This document shows positions 14,404-26,965 of a stretch of 64,000 nucleotides of DNA, one piece after another; position 1 is the stretch's first letter; every line of letters starts with the position of its first letter. The position numbers and the translations under genes are program-made. This DNA is from Octopus vulgaris (taxonomy: Eukaryota): positions 61,876,001-61,940,000 of the forward strand of contig OX597818.1 in assembly GCA_951406725.2 (NCBI GenBank), given 5' to 3'. Under the pieces are notes generated by a model. That model searched no databases. It had not been told where the DNA came from and saw only the letters and a list, made by a program, of their open reading frames with translations.

Positions 14404-15864
14404 TATATATATATATATACACACACATATATATAAATATAACTTATTTATTTAATAAAATGATAATTATAACATACATACATGTAGCATATTATTCTAT
14501 ATATATATGTATGTATATATATATATGTATGTATATGTATATATATATATATATAATTAATCAAAGGACATACTACGTATGTTTACCTGCTGGAAATAAC
14601 AGTCAAATTGCCAAAATACACTGGTACAGAAATCAACCATGTGAAGGCAAACGGGCTGAAACAATCTCTCAGCATACATTCAAGTATTTGGACTCGCGTA
14701 TACATAATTTAGAGCTTTGCTTTCTGACCATGTTTCAGGTTCAATCCTATAGTATGGTACCTTGATCAAGTACCATCTACTTGAAACCTTTGATTGACCA
14801 TAATCTTGGGTGTGTGTATATATATGTACCGATACGGTTGTACATTGGGTAAATGGTTTTGAAAGTTGTGGTTTCTGCGGTTTATTTGTTCCCCAAACAA
14901 CACTTATTTTAGTGCTGTTGACACTGCTGGATTGAGTGGTACTGTCCTGGTGTTGAAACCATAATCATATCTGTGGGGCAGCTGATGATGGAGGTATGTT
15001 GGATTGTTGGTACAGCTGTTTTAGTATATGTGTTGTCTTCTGTAACTCCAGGGCAACTAAAGCCTTCTCTGTGGATTTAGTCACAGAAGCATGCCCAATT
15101 TGTGTGTGTGTGTGTTTGTCCCCCACCCTTGTTTGACAACTGATTCTGTTGGCAAAAGAGACCGATAGAATAAGTACTAGGCTTATAAAGATTAAGTCCT
15201 GGGATCGATTTGTTCAACTAAAGATGGTGCTCCAGCATGGCCCCAGTCAAATGACTGAAACAAGTAAAAGAATAAAAGAATATATACATAAATGGATGAT
15301 AAATTAATATGCTCATAGGTAGCAAGAAACTCTAGAGAGAGAAAGCTGAAGGGTGGAAGGTCTTCGAATAAGAAGGCCTCCCTCTCCTTCATGCCAGTAT
15401 TCCAACCCCTTTTAAACTATGAGACCAGGGCCCCATCCAGATCACAACTCCTGGATGCCCCTCTGCTGCACTATTTGGTTTTACTGTCTGTATTACATAC
15501 CGCCTGGATGGTATTATAAAGTGAATGATATATAGATATATGTACATAAGGGTACATACATTTACACACACACACACACACACAAATGCACACACACATG
15601 CACACACACACACATGCACACACACACACATGCACACCTTAACACATTTGCACACATCAATACATGAAGTATAATACATAACAAGAAAAATGCTCATCAC
15701 TAACTGAATAATTAATCTTAAGGGTGCATGAAGTATGTACACAAGCACATGAGGGTAGCTCCCTGTTTTCTTTACAGCAGTCCCAGAAGCTCTGCGAAGT
15801 AACATAGGCACTGTGTTGTCTCCTGACAAAAAGGTCAAGTAAAATACTCCTATACACACACACA

Positions 15865-16160
15865 CAGGAATACTTTGGGGTTTGAATAATTCACCTCTGG
15901 AAACATGTGTGTTTTGTTTATCATCCTTAAACAACCCTTATTTGGGGACCTTTTGCATGAGATGGACTACTGGACTGAAGAAAATTCTAACTGGGGCTCT
16001 CTCCCACCTGCAAGGTCATGAACTGTTTATCTTGATATGAGGTCACTATGTCACGCACATATGGTTGTAATGCATGTGCCTGGTGTACTCTTATAAGACT
16101 GGCAGTCACGATGGGTTGCATTGGGTTTCATATGATTGTACCCCAGTGTCACTTTGATGG
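15865..16160. repeat. Dispersed repeat of unknown class
   Basis: 15865-16015 is the reverse complement of ~63520-63660 (ggaatactttggggtttg...catccttaaacaa...ttctaactggg). Confidence 0.6.
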
Positions 16161-18142
16161 AGTGTGCCACCAAGCAAAATGCTTAGCGATATTTCATCTG
16201 TCTTTACATTCTGGGTTCAAATTCTGCCAAGCTTGACTTTGTCTTTCATCCTTCCGTAGTCAATAAACTAAGTACCAGTTGTATACTGGGTTGATCTAAT
16301 CGACTGCCCCCCCTCCCCCCAAATTTCGAAGCTTGTGCCTAGAGTTGAAAAGAATAATGATAATAATAATGATAATAATAATAAAATCTATAATTATTGA
16401 GGGAGAAAGATGTCCTGGCTTTCTCTCTTTGTTTTACGTAATGCTAGCATTTGGCTATTAATTTGGAGACTTTATGCGTGTGTATGTGTGTTATTGATAA
16501 TGTGCTCAAGCATGTGTAATAGGGTGTGTATATGTGTTTTTGAAAGAGTATGCATGCATGCATGTGTGTGCAATTGTGCGTAAGTGAGTGTGAATTTGTC
16601 AGTTGTGTGGTGATACCTTATCACACCTATTAACGAAAAGTTAATAACAATTATTAACTGCCAGGAGAAAAAATAAACATGATACATAACAAACAAAATA
16701 CAAATAAAAAAAAAGAGTGCATCTCGAATGGTTGCTACCCAATGGAAACTAATTAAAGATGGTGGGTGGAACATTGCAAAACTTTTAGACTTGTCATTCA
16801 CCGATTCTTAAGTGGTTATTCTTCCAGTCAATGTGTTGTGTCATACTTTAGGCTAAATTTAAGACGATGCACATTTGATGGAAAAATGAAGAAAATGGAT
16901 GAATTTAATGCCTTCCTCTTGTCTTCGAGTCCACAAAATTATAATGAAAGAATTGGTAGCACCAGGGCCATCGTGTCAATGTCTGATTATACCATTATTG
17001 CCTGGGTTTAGGTGACATTTTCATGGTCAAATTTTTTGTTCACCTCATTGAGGCCTGGTGCAGCAATCTGGTTTGCCAGCCTTCAGTCATTCGTCCAACC
17101 CATGCTAGCATAGAAAGCGGACGTTAAATGATGATGATAATGATTGCAAACAAGCAAGATGTTGGACAATGTTTGTATGGTCATTAAAATAAAACCAGCA
17201 ACTTACTTAACTCAGTCTTTTTCTAATTAGCACTAATTAGCCATCTTAGCACTTTTGATGCCGACCCACATGAAACAACCTGTTAAAACTTTAGGTTTTT
17301 ATAGGGATCCAAATTAAAATTTCATGTTAAAATTATGATCTAAGCATTATTGCAATAATCCTTTTTACTAAAGGCACAGAGCCTGGAATTTGTGGGAAAG
17401 GGACTAATAGATTACATCAACCCCAGTGTTACACTGGTATTTAATTTATCGACTCTGAATGGATGAAAGGCTAAGTCAACCTTGGCAGAATTTGAACTCA
17501 GAATGTAGCAACATGCGAAATACCTATTTCTTTACTAACCACAAGGGGCTAAACACAGAGAGGACAAACAAGGACAGACAAATGAGCAAGGTAAAAGAAT
17601 TAAGAGGACCATTTCATTGGCGTGGATGCCCAAATAAAATGATTCACAGGGTCCATTTAGCTGGCATAGATCCCCAATTAAAAGAACTGACAAAATTTGT
17701 TTCATTCCTTTTACAAAATGTTTTGTAATAACAAATAAATGAGAATCTATGGCCCCTTTTCAGGGCCAGTGAGGCTAATGGGAAGATATCCTCAGATCTG
17801 AGACTGAGTCGAGATGCTTTCTATATAGTAAACTCAGCTAAAAAAAGGTACCCAATAACCAGGGGTGGTTGTTGTTAACCCAGGTCCCAGATTAAATCAG
17901 ACAGCAAGATAACAATGTTAATGGGTAACAAGTAATAAGTCTATGGGGAACAGAGGTCCTTCTCAATGGCACCCAGGTCAGTGAAAGTGTAAATAAATAT
18001 TGCAGAATGAGAAGAATTCATTGCTGTTGGCTTCTTTGATTTTGTAGTGAGTTTGGCTCAAAGAGGAATGGAATCTAATAGGTTGATCTGTTCCAAGTTA
18101 AGAGTAAGCATTAACATTCAGGATTATTCTGTCAGATATATT

Positions 18143-18370
18143 CTGCGAGCTGGCAGAAATGTTAGCGCGCCGGGCAAAATGCTTAGTGATATTTCGTCTG
18201 TCTTTACGTTCTGAGTTCAAATTCCGCTGAGGTCGACTTTGCCTTTCATCCTTTCGGGGTCGATAAATAAAGTACCAGTTTCGCACTGAGGTCTATGTAA
18301 TTGACTTAATCTCTTTGTCTGTCCTTGTTTGTCCCCTCTGTGTTTAGCCCCTTGTGGGCAATAAAGAAAT
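18143..18370 (+). mobile_element. tRNA-derived SINE family B (MetaSINE/MESC-like central domain)
   Basis: gagctggcagaaatgttagc...gagttcaaattcc (B-box), gcctttcatcctttcggggtcgataaataaagtaccag core, tail ccccttgtgggcaataaagaaat. About 15 copies in the window. Confidence 0.8.
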
Positions 18371-18614
18371 ATATATTGTGTTTGTTTATATTTTATTTGA
18401 CTTAATCATGCATTATCTCATAGCTTCATGATTTCAGTGATGTGATTGGTTCCTTTTAGAATGATATTGCAAGGTAGGTGCAAAAGGCCAGATCTGGTTG
18501 GTTCTAACATAGAACAGGTTGAGTATTTTGGTTGGATATGGTTAGTTTGAATGCTTAAAAGGTTAAACTAGTGCAAATATTGGTGAAAAATCAAGGAAAT
18601 AAGTGAAGAAGGAT

Positions 18615-19000
18615 ACTCTTTTACTTGTTTCAGTCATTTGACTGCGGCCATGCTGGAGCAAATCGACCCTGGGATTTATTCTTTGTAAGCCTAGTACTTA
18701 TTCTATCGGTCTCTTTGCTGAACCGCTAAGTGACAGGGATGTAAACACACCAGCATCGGTTGTCAAGCAATGCTAGGGAGACAAACACAGACACACAAAC
18801 ACATACACACATACATATATATATATACATATATACGACAGGCTTCTTTCAGTTTCCGTCTACCAAATCCACTCACAAGGCATTGGTCGGACTGGGGCTA
18901 TAGCAGAAGACACTTGCCCAAGATGCCACGCAGTGGGACTGAACCCGGAACCATGTGGTTGGTTAGCAAGCTACTTACCACACAGCCACTCCTGCACCTA
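18615..19000 (-). mobile_element. SINE family A, near full length
   Basis: Reverse complement of the family A sequence from tail (ttttacttgtttcagtc) to head (cacagccactcctgcacc). Confidence 0.85.
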
Positions 19001-19898
19001 TACATAGGATATACATAGATCTTATGTATATCTGTTTCATCTATTTCATATAAAGATTAAAAGATTTATATTAAAATCTGATTGGTCATTTGAAAAAAGG
19101 TGTGGTTAAGATGCTCCCTTTGTGGTTTGGCTGTTGAACTTACAATTGAAAGATTAGGGTTTCAATTCCCAGATGTGTGTTGTTGGTAAACCCTGTACTG
19201 GACTAGTATCTTGTTCAAGGCCAATGTGGTAATATCGGTCCGTTAAATGCTATGGAAACCAGAGAAATGATTGAATGATTCTCAAGATTTGAGATGGTAA
19301 TATCCAGGTAATAATTATCTGCAACAATAGTTTTGTGTCCAGCTCCACTGTCCAGTACCTGGAGCAAATGTCTTCCTTCAAAGTCCTCGGTCAGACTAAT
19401 GCATTTATCATCACCATCATCATCATCATCATCATTTAGCCCCTTTTTTTTTACCGTATTTATTTTGTGATGGTCTGTTTTTCTTTCAATTAATTTTAAA
19501 CACAACAAAGAATTTAGTAAAATAACTAAGTTAAGTCCACTTTGCAACCACATGGTTTCTGGGTTCAATCCTCCTGCACAGCAGCACCTTGGGTAATTGT
19601 CTTCTACAACAGTCCCTTGCTGTGTAATGCCTTGTGTTTGAACTTATTAGATGGAAACTGTGAGGAAGTCTATCATATACGTAGAGTGTCTATAAATTAT
19701 CTTTACAACTGAAGCCATGTATTGTCCACATGTGTTGCATGCTATCAATGGATCCCACATGGGAGTGTTCTGATGTTTTTAATAGGTTTTCCAACAAACT
19801 CTGATGAATTATCCTTATTTTCCTTTTGTTTCCGAATTTTTGAAATTGCTAAGGTAATTTATTGACACCCCATGTGTGTGAGTGTATGTGTGTATGTA

Positions 19899-19955
<57 letters not shown>

Positions 19956-20424
19956 GCATGTATGTTACATATGTGTGTATTGTTTTCTGTATATATATAT
20001 GTGTGTGTGTGAGTGCATGTGTGTATTCGTGTCAGTATCCCCATCATTTGATAACCAATGTTGGTTTGTTTACATCCCTGTAAATGGCTCAGCAAATGAA
20101 ATGCAAAAGAACATGAACAAAACTTTAACAAAAAATAAATAAATATTCAGGTGATATTTTTCAAGGTAGCGCCCAACATGGCCACAGTCCAAAGCCTAAA
20201 ACAGGTAAAAGAGAAAAAGTGAATTTCTAAAAAAACAAAGATTCCTTATTTTTCTCGATGCTCGATTTCCAACACAAGACGTATAAGATGCCTTGCTATT
20301 CACCTGTGGTTCAGGTGTAAAAAAAAAGTTCAGCATCACTGGGAAAGAAGCTCCCTCATTGGCTGGTTCAGTTACAAATATATGCATAAATGATTATATA
20401 CATACATATATATATATATATATA

Positions 20425-20567
20425 CAAAACACACACACATGTATACATACATAACATTTGAGTGTGTGAATATATATATATGTATATATACATATATATA
20501 CAAAACACACACATATGTATACATACATAACATTTGAGTGTGTGAGTATATAGATGTATATACATAC

Positions 20568-20610
<43 letters not shown>

Positions 20611-20677
20611 CACAAAACACACATATGTATACATACATAACATTTGAGTGTGTGAGTATATAGATGTATATACATAC

Positions 20678-20720
<43 letters not shown>

Positions 20721-20765
20721 CACAAAACACACATATGTATACATACATAACATTTGAGTGTGCGA
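20425..20765. repeat. Compound minisatellite, 4 copies of caaaacacacatatgtatacatacataacatttgagtgtg separated by TA runs
   Basis: Direct inspection; produces the repeated [12 protein letters not shown] artefact. Confidence 0.85.
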
Positions 20766-20894
20766 GTATATATATGTATATACATACATATATATAAATA
20801 TATATATATGTATGTATGTATATGTGTGTATATATATGTATATGCATGTATATATATGTATATGCATGTATATATATGTATATGCATGTATGTG

Positions 20895-20939
<45 letters not shown>

Positions 20940-21444
20940 AAAATGAATAGCAGCTAAATCTCCATAAAAATCACACCTTGTCATATTAAAGCCCAAAAAG
21001 CATTACACAATGTCAACCCAGATACTTTTGGGGAGAATGGAATAACCAGAACTGCAGCATCTTTAAATTCCTTGAGGTAAATATATGTATATACATACAT
21101 ATATGTATGTATATACATTTCTATATGTATGTATATACATTTCTATATGTATGTATATACATATCTATATGTATGTATATACATACCTATATATATATAT
21201 ATATATATATAGATATATCCATATCTATGTATATATATATGTATGTATATATGTATATATATGTGTGTGTGTGTATGAGTGTGCATATGTCTATATGTAT
21301 GGTTAGAAAGTAGATCGATCAATGAAATGTTGCAAGGTGTTGGTTTGCTTCAAGTCTACTCACATCAGCTTGACCAATGGCCAAAGCCATTCCACTTATG
21401 ACCATCACATCTTATTTACATACTTAGTTTATCAAAGACTATTA

Positions 21445-21520
21445 TCTCCGAGTGGTCTAGAGTGGTTAGGATTCCATTCTTTCACTGTTGCAGCTAGGGG
21501 TTCAATTCCCTGGTTGGGAA
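21445..21520 (+). pseudogene. tRNA-Glu(TTC)-derived pseudogene
   Basis: tctccgagtggtctagagtggttaggattccattcTTCactgttgcagctaggggttcaattccctggttgggaa aligns by eye to metazoan tRNA-Glu; anticodon at 21481-21483; anticodon and acceptor stems pair poorly. Confidence 0.7.
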
Positions 21521-24500
21521 ACATTCTGTTTGTGTGTGTATAACCCATACCAGCGACGATCATGGACGTTAAACGATGATGACGATGATGATGACCATGA
21601 TGATGATGATGTCCTTCTTTGTGATAACAGGGTGTGATTTGATGGGAAAATTGGCTGCTATTTCTAGCAGGTCGAGTGACCACATAGAAGCTCTGTCTTT
21701 GACTGGTGTTGAGAGAGGGAGGGAGGGAGGGCTAGAATGGCTGGGGGAGAGTGGGAGGAAGGGCTGCAGTGCGAGGAGAGGGCTGAGGTAAAACTGTAGT
21801 AGTTAATACATAAAACTTATGTTCAGCGTCTTACAAGAGAGAGAGAGAGGGAGGGAGGAGATTGGGGGTGGAAGGGAGAGGTAGAGAATATTGAAGCTGA
21901 ATAATCACAGTAGTAAATGAGAGACTGTAAGAGAACTAACACTAATCACAGTACCCGATCAGTAACATACACCGAGTAGCTTTAATGTGGTCGCACAATT
22001 TGCTAGAAATAGCAGCTAAATCTCCATAAAAATCACACCTTGTCATATTAAAACCCCTCCCCAAAACATTACACAATGTCATCCTAGATACTTTTGGGGG
22101 AGAATAGAATAACCAGGACCGCAGCATCTTTAATTCCTTGAAACCCCTACACTTCACAGGAAAAGAGTGTTTGATCTTCGGCAGTATTAATAATGGTGCA
22201 TACGGGGTGCGGCATAAAAACCTCCCATATTTTATGCAACCAATGTTACGATGCCAGTAAAGTTAGGAAGATGATAATGTAATCTTTAAATAGCTAATGT
22301 TTTACCATTTTCTCCTTTGGTTATTAACATTGTTTGCTTTATTATATTTTGTGTATTTGCTGTTAAAACATTTAACAAGACTGGTGAACCTGAGATTATT
22401 TTGCCGCAACCTACACGCTAGGAAGCATTAGTTTTAAAAGATTTTTTTTCTAAATATTTCCCCCTTTTTTCTTTATAATTTTGCCTTCCCCTTTCTACCA
22501 GTTCCCTGTCCATTTTCTTTCCCAATGAAGTAAGAAGAGCTATTCCAAAACTTTGCCCACTTTGACCCTTAATCATAGGCCTCTTCAGAGATGACCTGCG
22601 TAGTGGACATAATCCATCGCCCACCTTCTGGTTCTTAGATATCTTTAATGAAATCCAGCCTGTTGCAGATTTGGGGCCCATCTTTGGCTTTCTCCATCTT
22701 CCCGCCAAATCTTGGGGGACCCTGTAAAAGTAAAAAGGTCAGGACATGGGTGTAGGCCCTTCCTGTTCTGATTAAAGGGTCAAGAAATGAAATGTCATGG
22801 CATAAGTATGGCTGGGTGGTACAGAAATTCACGTTGCAACCTCGTGGTTCTGAGTTCAGTCCCACTTTATGGCACCCCTTAGGCACTACTATATCCCCAG
22901 GCCAGACAGTGCTTTATCAATGAATTTGGTTGGTGAAAACTGTGTGGAACCCCAGCGAGTGGGCACATACATACATATACATATGTGTGTGTGTGTGTGT
23001 GTGTATGTGTGGTGTTCGTTTGTTTATATCCTTATAATAATGGTTTGACAAAAAGATCAATATGACAAATACTAGACTTCAAAAAAAAAGGGCTGTGGAT
23101 GATTTGTTTGAGCAAATCCTTAAAGATAATGCTCCAGCATGGCCACGGTTTAGGGGCTGAAACAAGTAAAAATGTAAGATAAAAGTTTCCTTCCTCTCTT
23201 CCTCCTCCATTCCAAATTGATATCAGCCGAGCAGAAAAGTGTATTTTAAGGCTTGTAATAACACTGCCACCACCACCACCAGTGGCCTATAGTCTATGGC
23301 TCCATCTATGCCCACCCTCCTGGTATCAGCCTAATTGCTTACGAGACGCTCGCTTCCCAACTGTGTCGTTTCAGATTCCGTCCCACTGCATGACTCTGCC
23401 TCCTCAGGGCAAGTAATTCTTATTTATAGCTCTGGGCCAACCGAGGCCTTCTCAGTGGATTTGGTAGATGGAAACTTAGGAAGGACATTTGTGTTGTGTA
23501 AGCATGTTGTGCGTAGAGGGTGGAGTCGGTGAGGTGAACGGGTTTGGTGCATGGAAACTGAAAGAAACCTGTCATATGTGTGTGTGTGTGTGTGTACTCT
23601 TGTCTTGACATCACATGATGGATGTGAAATGAACACCACAGTCACAAATGAGGTTTGTTTCCAGTCCTTCTTGAAAGACATGTCTGGCCCAGTTGAAAGA
23701 ACACTTTGCTTGGAAGCAGGTGAAAGTTGGCGACAGAAAGAGCGTCCAGCTATAGAGAAGCTGCCTAAAATATTCCATCTGACCCATGCAGGCATGGACA
23801 AACGTACATTAGAATTATGATGATGATGATATATACATGCATACACACACACATATGTTGTTGCACCTTGGGCAAGTGTCTTCTACTATAGCCCCAGGCC
23901 AAACAAAGCCGTGTGAGTGGATTTGCTAGACAGAAACTGAAAGATGCCTATCATATATATATTAAAGTAGAAACGTTAATGTTTGGTCATGGACAAATGG
24001 ACATTAGAACGATGATGATGATATATACACACACACATACACTGTGGCACCTTGGGCAGGTGTCGTCTACTATAGCCCCAGGTCAACCAAACCAATGGTT
24101 TTGCGTCTATGAAAACTGTAGTTTTGGGGACAACTCATGAGACTAGACTGAAGACAAAATTAACTCTTCACCTATACGTGTGTATGTGTGTGTATCCCAC
24201 CACCGCTTCACAAACGGTGTTGGTGTGTTTATGTCCCTGTACCTTAGTGGCTCTGCAAAAGAAACCAATAAAATAAGTGCCAGGCTTAAGAGAAGAAATA
24301 TATACTGGGGTCAATTCGTTCAGGTAAAATTCCTCAAAGTGGTGCCCCAGCATGGCCACAAACCACTGACTGAAACAATATATATATGTGGTAAGAAGCT
24401 GGCTTCCGAACCACATGGTCTTGGGTTCAGTTCCACTGCTCGGCACCTTGGGCAAGTGTTTTCTACTATAGCCTTGGGTCGACTATAACCTTGTGAGTGG

Positions 24501-24532
24501 ATTTGACAGACGGAAACTGAAAGAAGCCCGTC

Positions 24533-24570
<38 letters not shown>

Positions 24571-25259
24571 TTATATTTATGTGTCTGTATTTGTCTCCAC
24601 CACCACCACTATCGCTTGGCAACCGATGCTGGTGTGTTTATGTCCCCGTAGCTTAACGGTTCGGCAAAAGAATAAGTCTCGGGGTCGATTTGTTCGCTGA
24701 AATGGCAGTGCTCCAGTATGGCCGTAGTCAAGCAAAAGAATCAAAGACTATCTTACACCCGTTGCAAGAAAGTATGAAACTACAGACGTCGACGATGTCT
24801 GCCGAAGCCTCCAACAATTTGCTTTCATCGTTTTCTCTGACTACTATTTATAGGATGACGAAAACAAGCGTAGTAAGAAATGTGAATGAATGGATGCATC
24901 CACCCTCCCTTTCCTGGCGGGGTGCGGGGTGGAATTCGGTACAGTGGTGGCATCTTAGAATGTCTTACTATTAAACTCCTTCTCCCCTTCCAGCTGTAGT
25001 AGTAGTACCACCAGCACCAGCACCATCATCATCACCACTATCGTAAAGAACGAGAAGCATTTGCAGAACTTCCAACATCCACAGCCAACTATTTAAGGCT
25101 AAGAAAACCTTGCAGAAAGTTAATGAGGCCAGCACATGGCCTGGCAGAGCAAGTGCAAATGAAAGATATTAATATTGTGGGGAAGTACATGGCAATCTGA
25201 TGCTTTCTTTTGGCGCAGATAAATATAAACACACACAAACACAATATAGATATGCACAC

Positions 25260-25305
<46 letters not shown>

Positions 25306-25519
25306 TATACGCATACACACACTATATATATAAATACACATATATACACACACACTATATTACATACATATATATACACACATATATATACATACATACA
25401 CACATACACACACTATATATATATATACACACACTATATATATATATATACACACACACTATATATATATATATACACATATATACACACTATATATATA
25501 TACACATATATACACACAC

Positions 25520-25553
<34 letters not shown>

Positions 25554-26474
25554 TACACACACTATACATATATATATATATACACATATATACACACACA
25601 CACACACTATATATATATATATATATACGCACACTATATTATATATATATACAAATATATATACACACACACTTCTCACACACAAGTGTCAGTGTATTTT
25701 ACGTACTTCGTCTATTGCATTGCAACCATACAAAGGCACGAAAAGGGGAGGGGAGAGGGGTTAAGGGTCGATTATTTTTTTTGTTAATTTATTTATCAGA
25801 GAATATTTGCACAAAAGATGGAAAACAATTTTCCTTCAATTGCTTATCTTGTTTTTTTTTTGTTTTTTAATTTTTGATATACATCTTTACACACACACAC
25901 ACACACAATCTTACCCTTGTGCCCCCTCCTCCCCTCCCCCGCCGCCGCCGCAAAAAAAAAAAAGAGATTGCAGTTTTCTTGACTATCAGCAAGAACAGAT
26001 CGGAAATGTAAGATTCTTTAATTAGCAAAATGTTACTTAGTGAAATTATTCCTCCAAGAACACTCCTTTGCGTTTTAGCACACAGCAACATGCTTTGATC
26101 AAATTAGCACAAAAAAAAGTACCAAATTAGAAAAAAAAAATACCAAAACAAAACAAAAAAATGACAAAAAAACAATCCCAGCAAACACGATATTACCTCA
26201 CGTATATTTATTTGCAAAGCAAATGTTTCGACACGCAGATGAATTTTGGTCGTGTATTTCACTGTTCTAACAATCTAAGACAGACAAATTAGAGATTTCT
26301 TTTGACTGCACCAACTTTTTTTTCCCTCCTTTCTTCTCTGGAACACAGCAGAGAGCGATTGAGCAAATTCTTTTATATTTTACTCGTGAACTCCAGGAGG
26401 GGCGAAAAAAGACTGGTGACAATATTCTTCTACCTCTGAGCTGATGCATCTAATGAATGATAATTTACACACAG

Positions 26475-26505
<31 letters not shown>

Positions 26506-26606
26506 GTATTTCAAGTTTAGTTTAATTTCAAAGTTTATCATGGGAAGATTGTACAAAATATATTTTTAGTTAAATTAAAATAAATAATTAAAACAGAGAC
26601 CGAATT

Positions 26607-26649
26607 TATATTCTATGAATATAAACCTACCTTTATAACTATCTACCCC

Positions 26650-26703
<54 letters not shown>

Positions 26704-26746
26704 GGGGTAGATAGATATAAAGGTAGGTCTATATTCATAGAATATA
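26607..26746. repeat. Inverted repeat: 42-bp arms (2 mismatches) around a self-complementary TG/TA/CA spacer
   Basis: tattctatgaatataaacctacctttataactatctacccct versus aggggtagatagatataaaggtaggtctatattcatagaata. Confidence 0.85.
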
Positions 26747-26804
26747 TATATATGTATATAAATATATATATATATAGAGAGAGAGAGAGAGTGTGTGTGT
26801 ATGT

Positions 26805-26965
26805 GTTTGACTTTTGTCACATTACTTAGTTTCGTGGGCGTAGGACACAGCCACTTCATCTGAGATAATTTTGAACACCTGATGAGGTGGACGTGTCCTG
26901 CGCCCACTAATATAAGTAATGTGAAACCGAGTCAAACTGTTATTAAATACAAGTAACTCCAACGA
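26805..26965. mobile_element. Fold-back Penelope-like pLTR relic with two inverted degenerate hammerhead motifs
   Basis: Plus: CTGATGAggtggacgtgtcctgcgcccactaatataagtaatgtga. Minus: cagatgaagtggctgtgtcctacgcccacGAAActaagtaatgtga. The arms are mutually inverted and each retains half of the catalytic core. Confidence 0.55.

Noticed and set aside
22418-22720. Minus-strand ORF after strong acceptor ttttacttttacag
   Set aside because: The phase-1 frame needed to join the signal exon stops after ~25 codons; the open frame has no recognisable similarity or donor.
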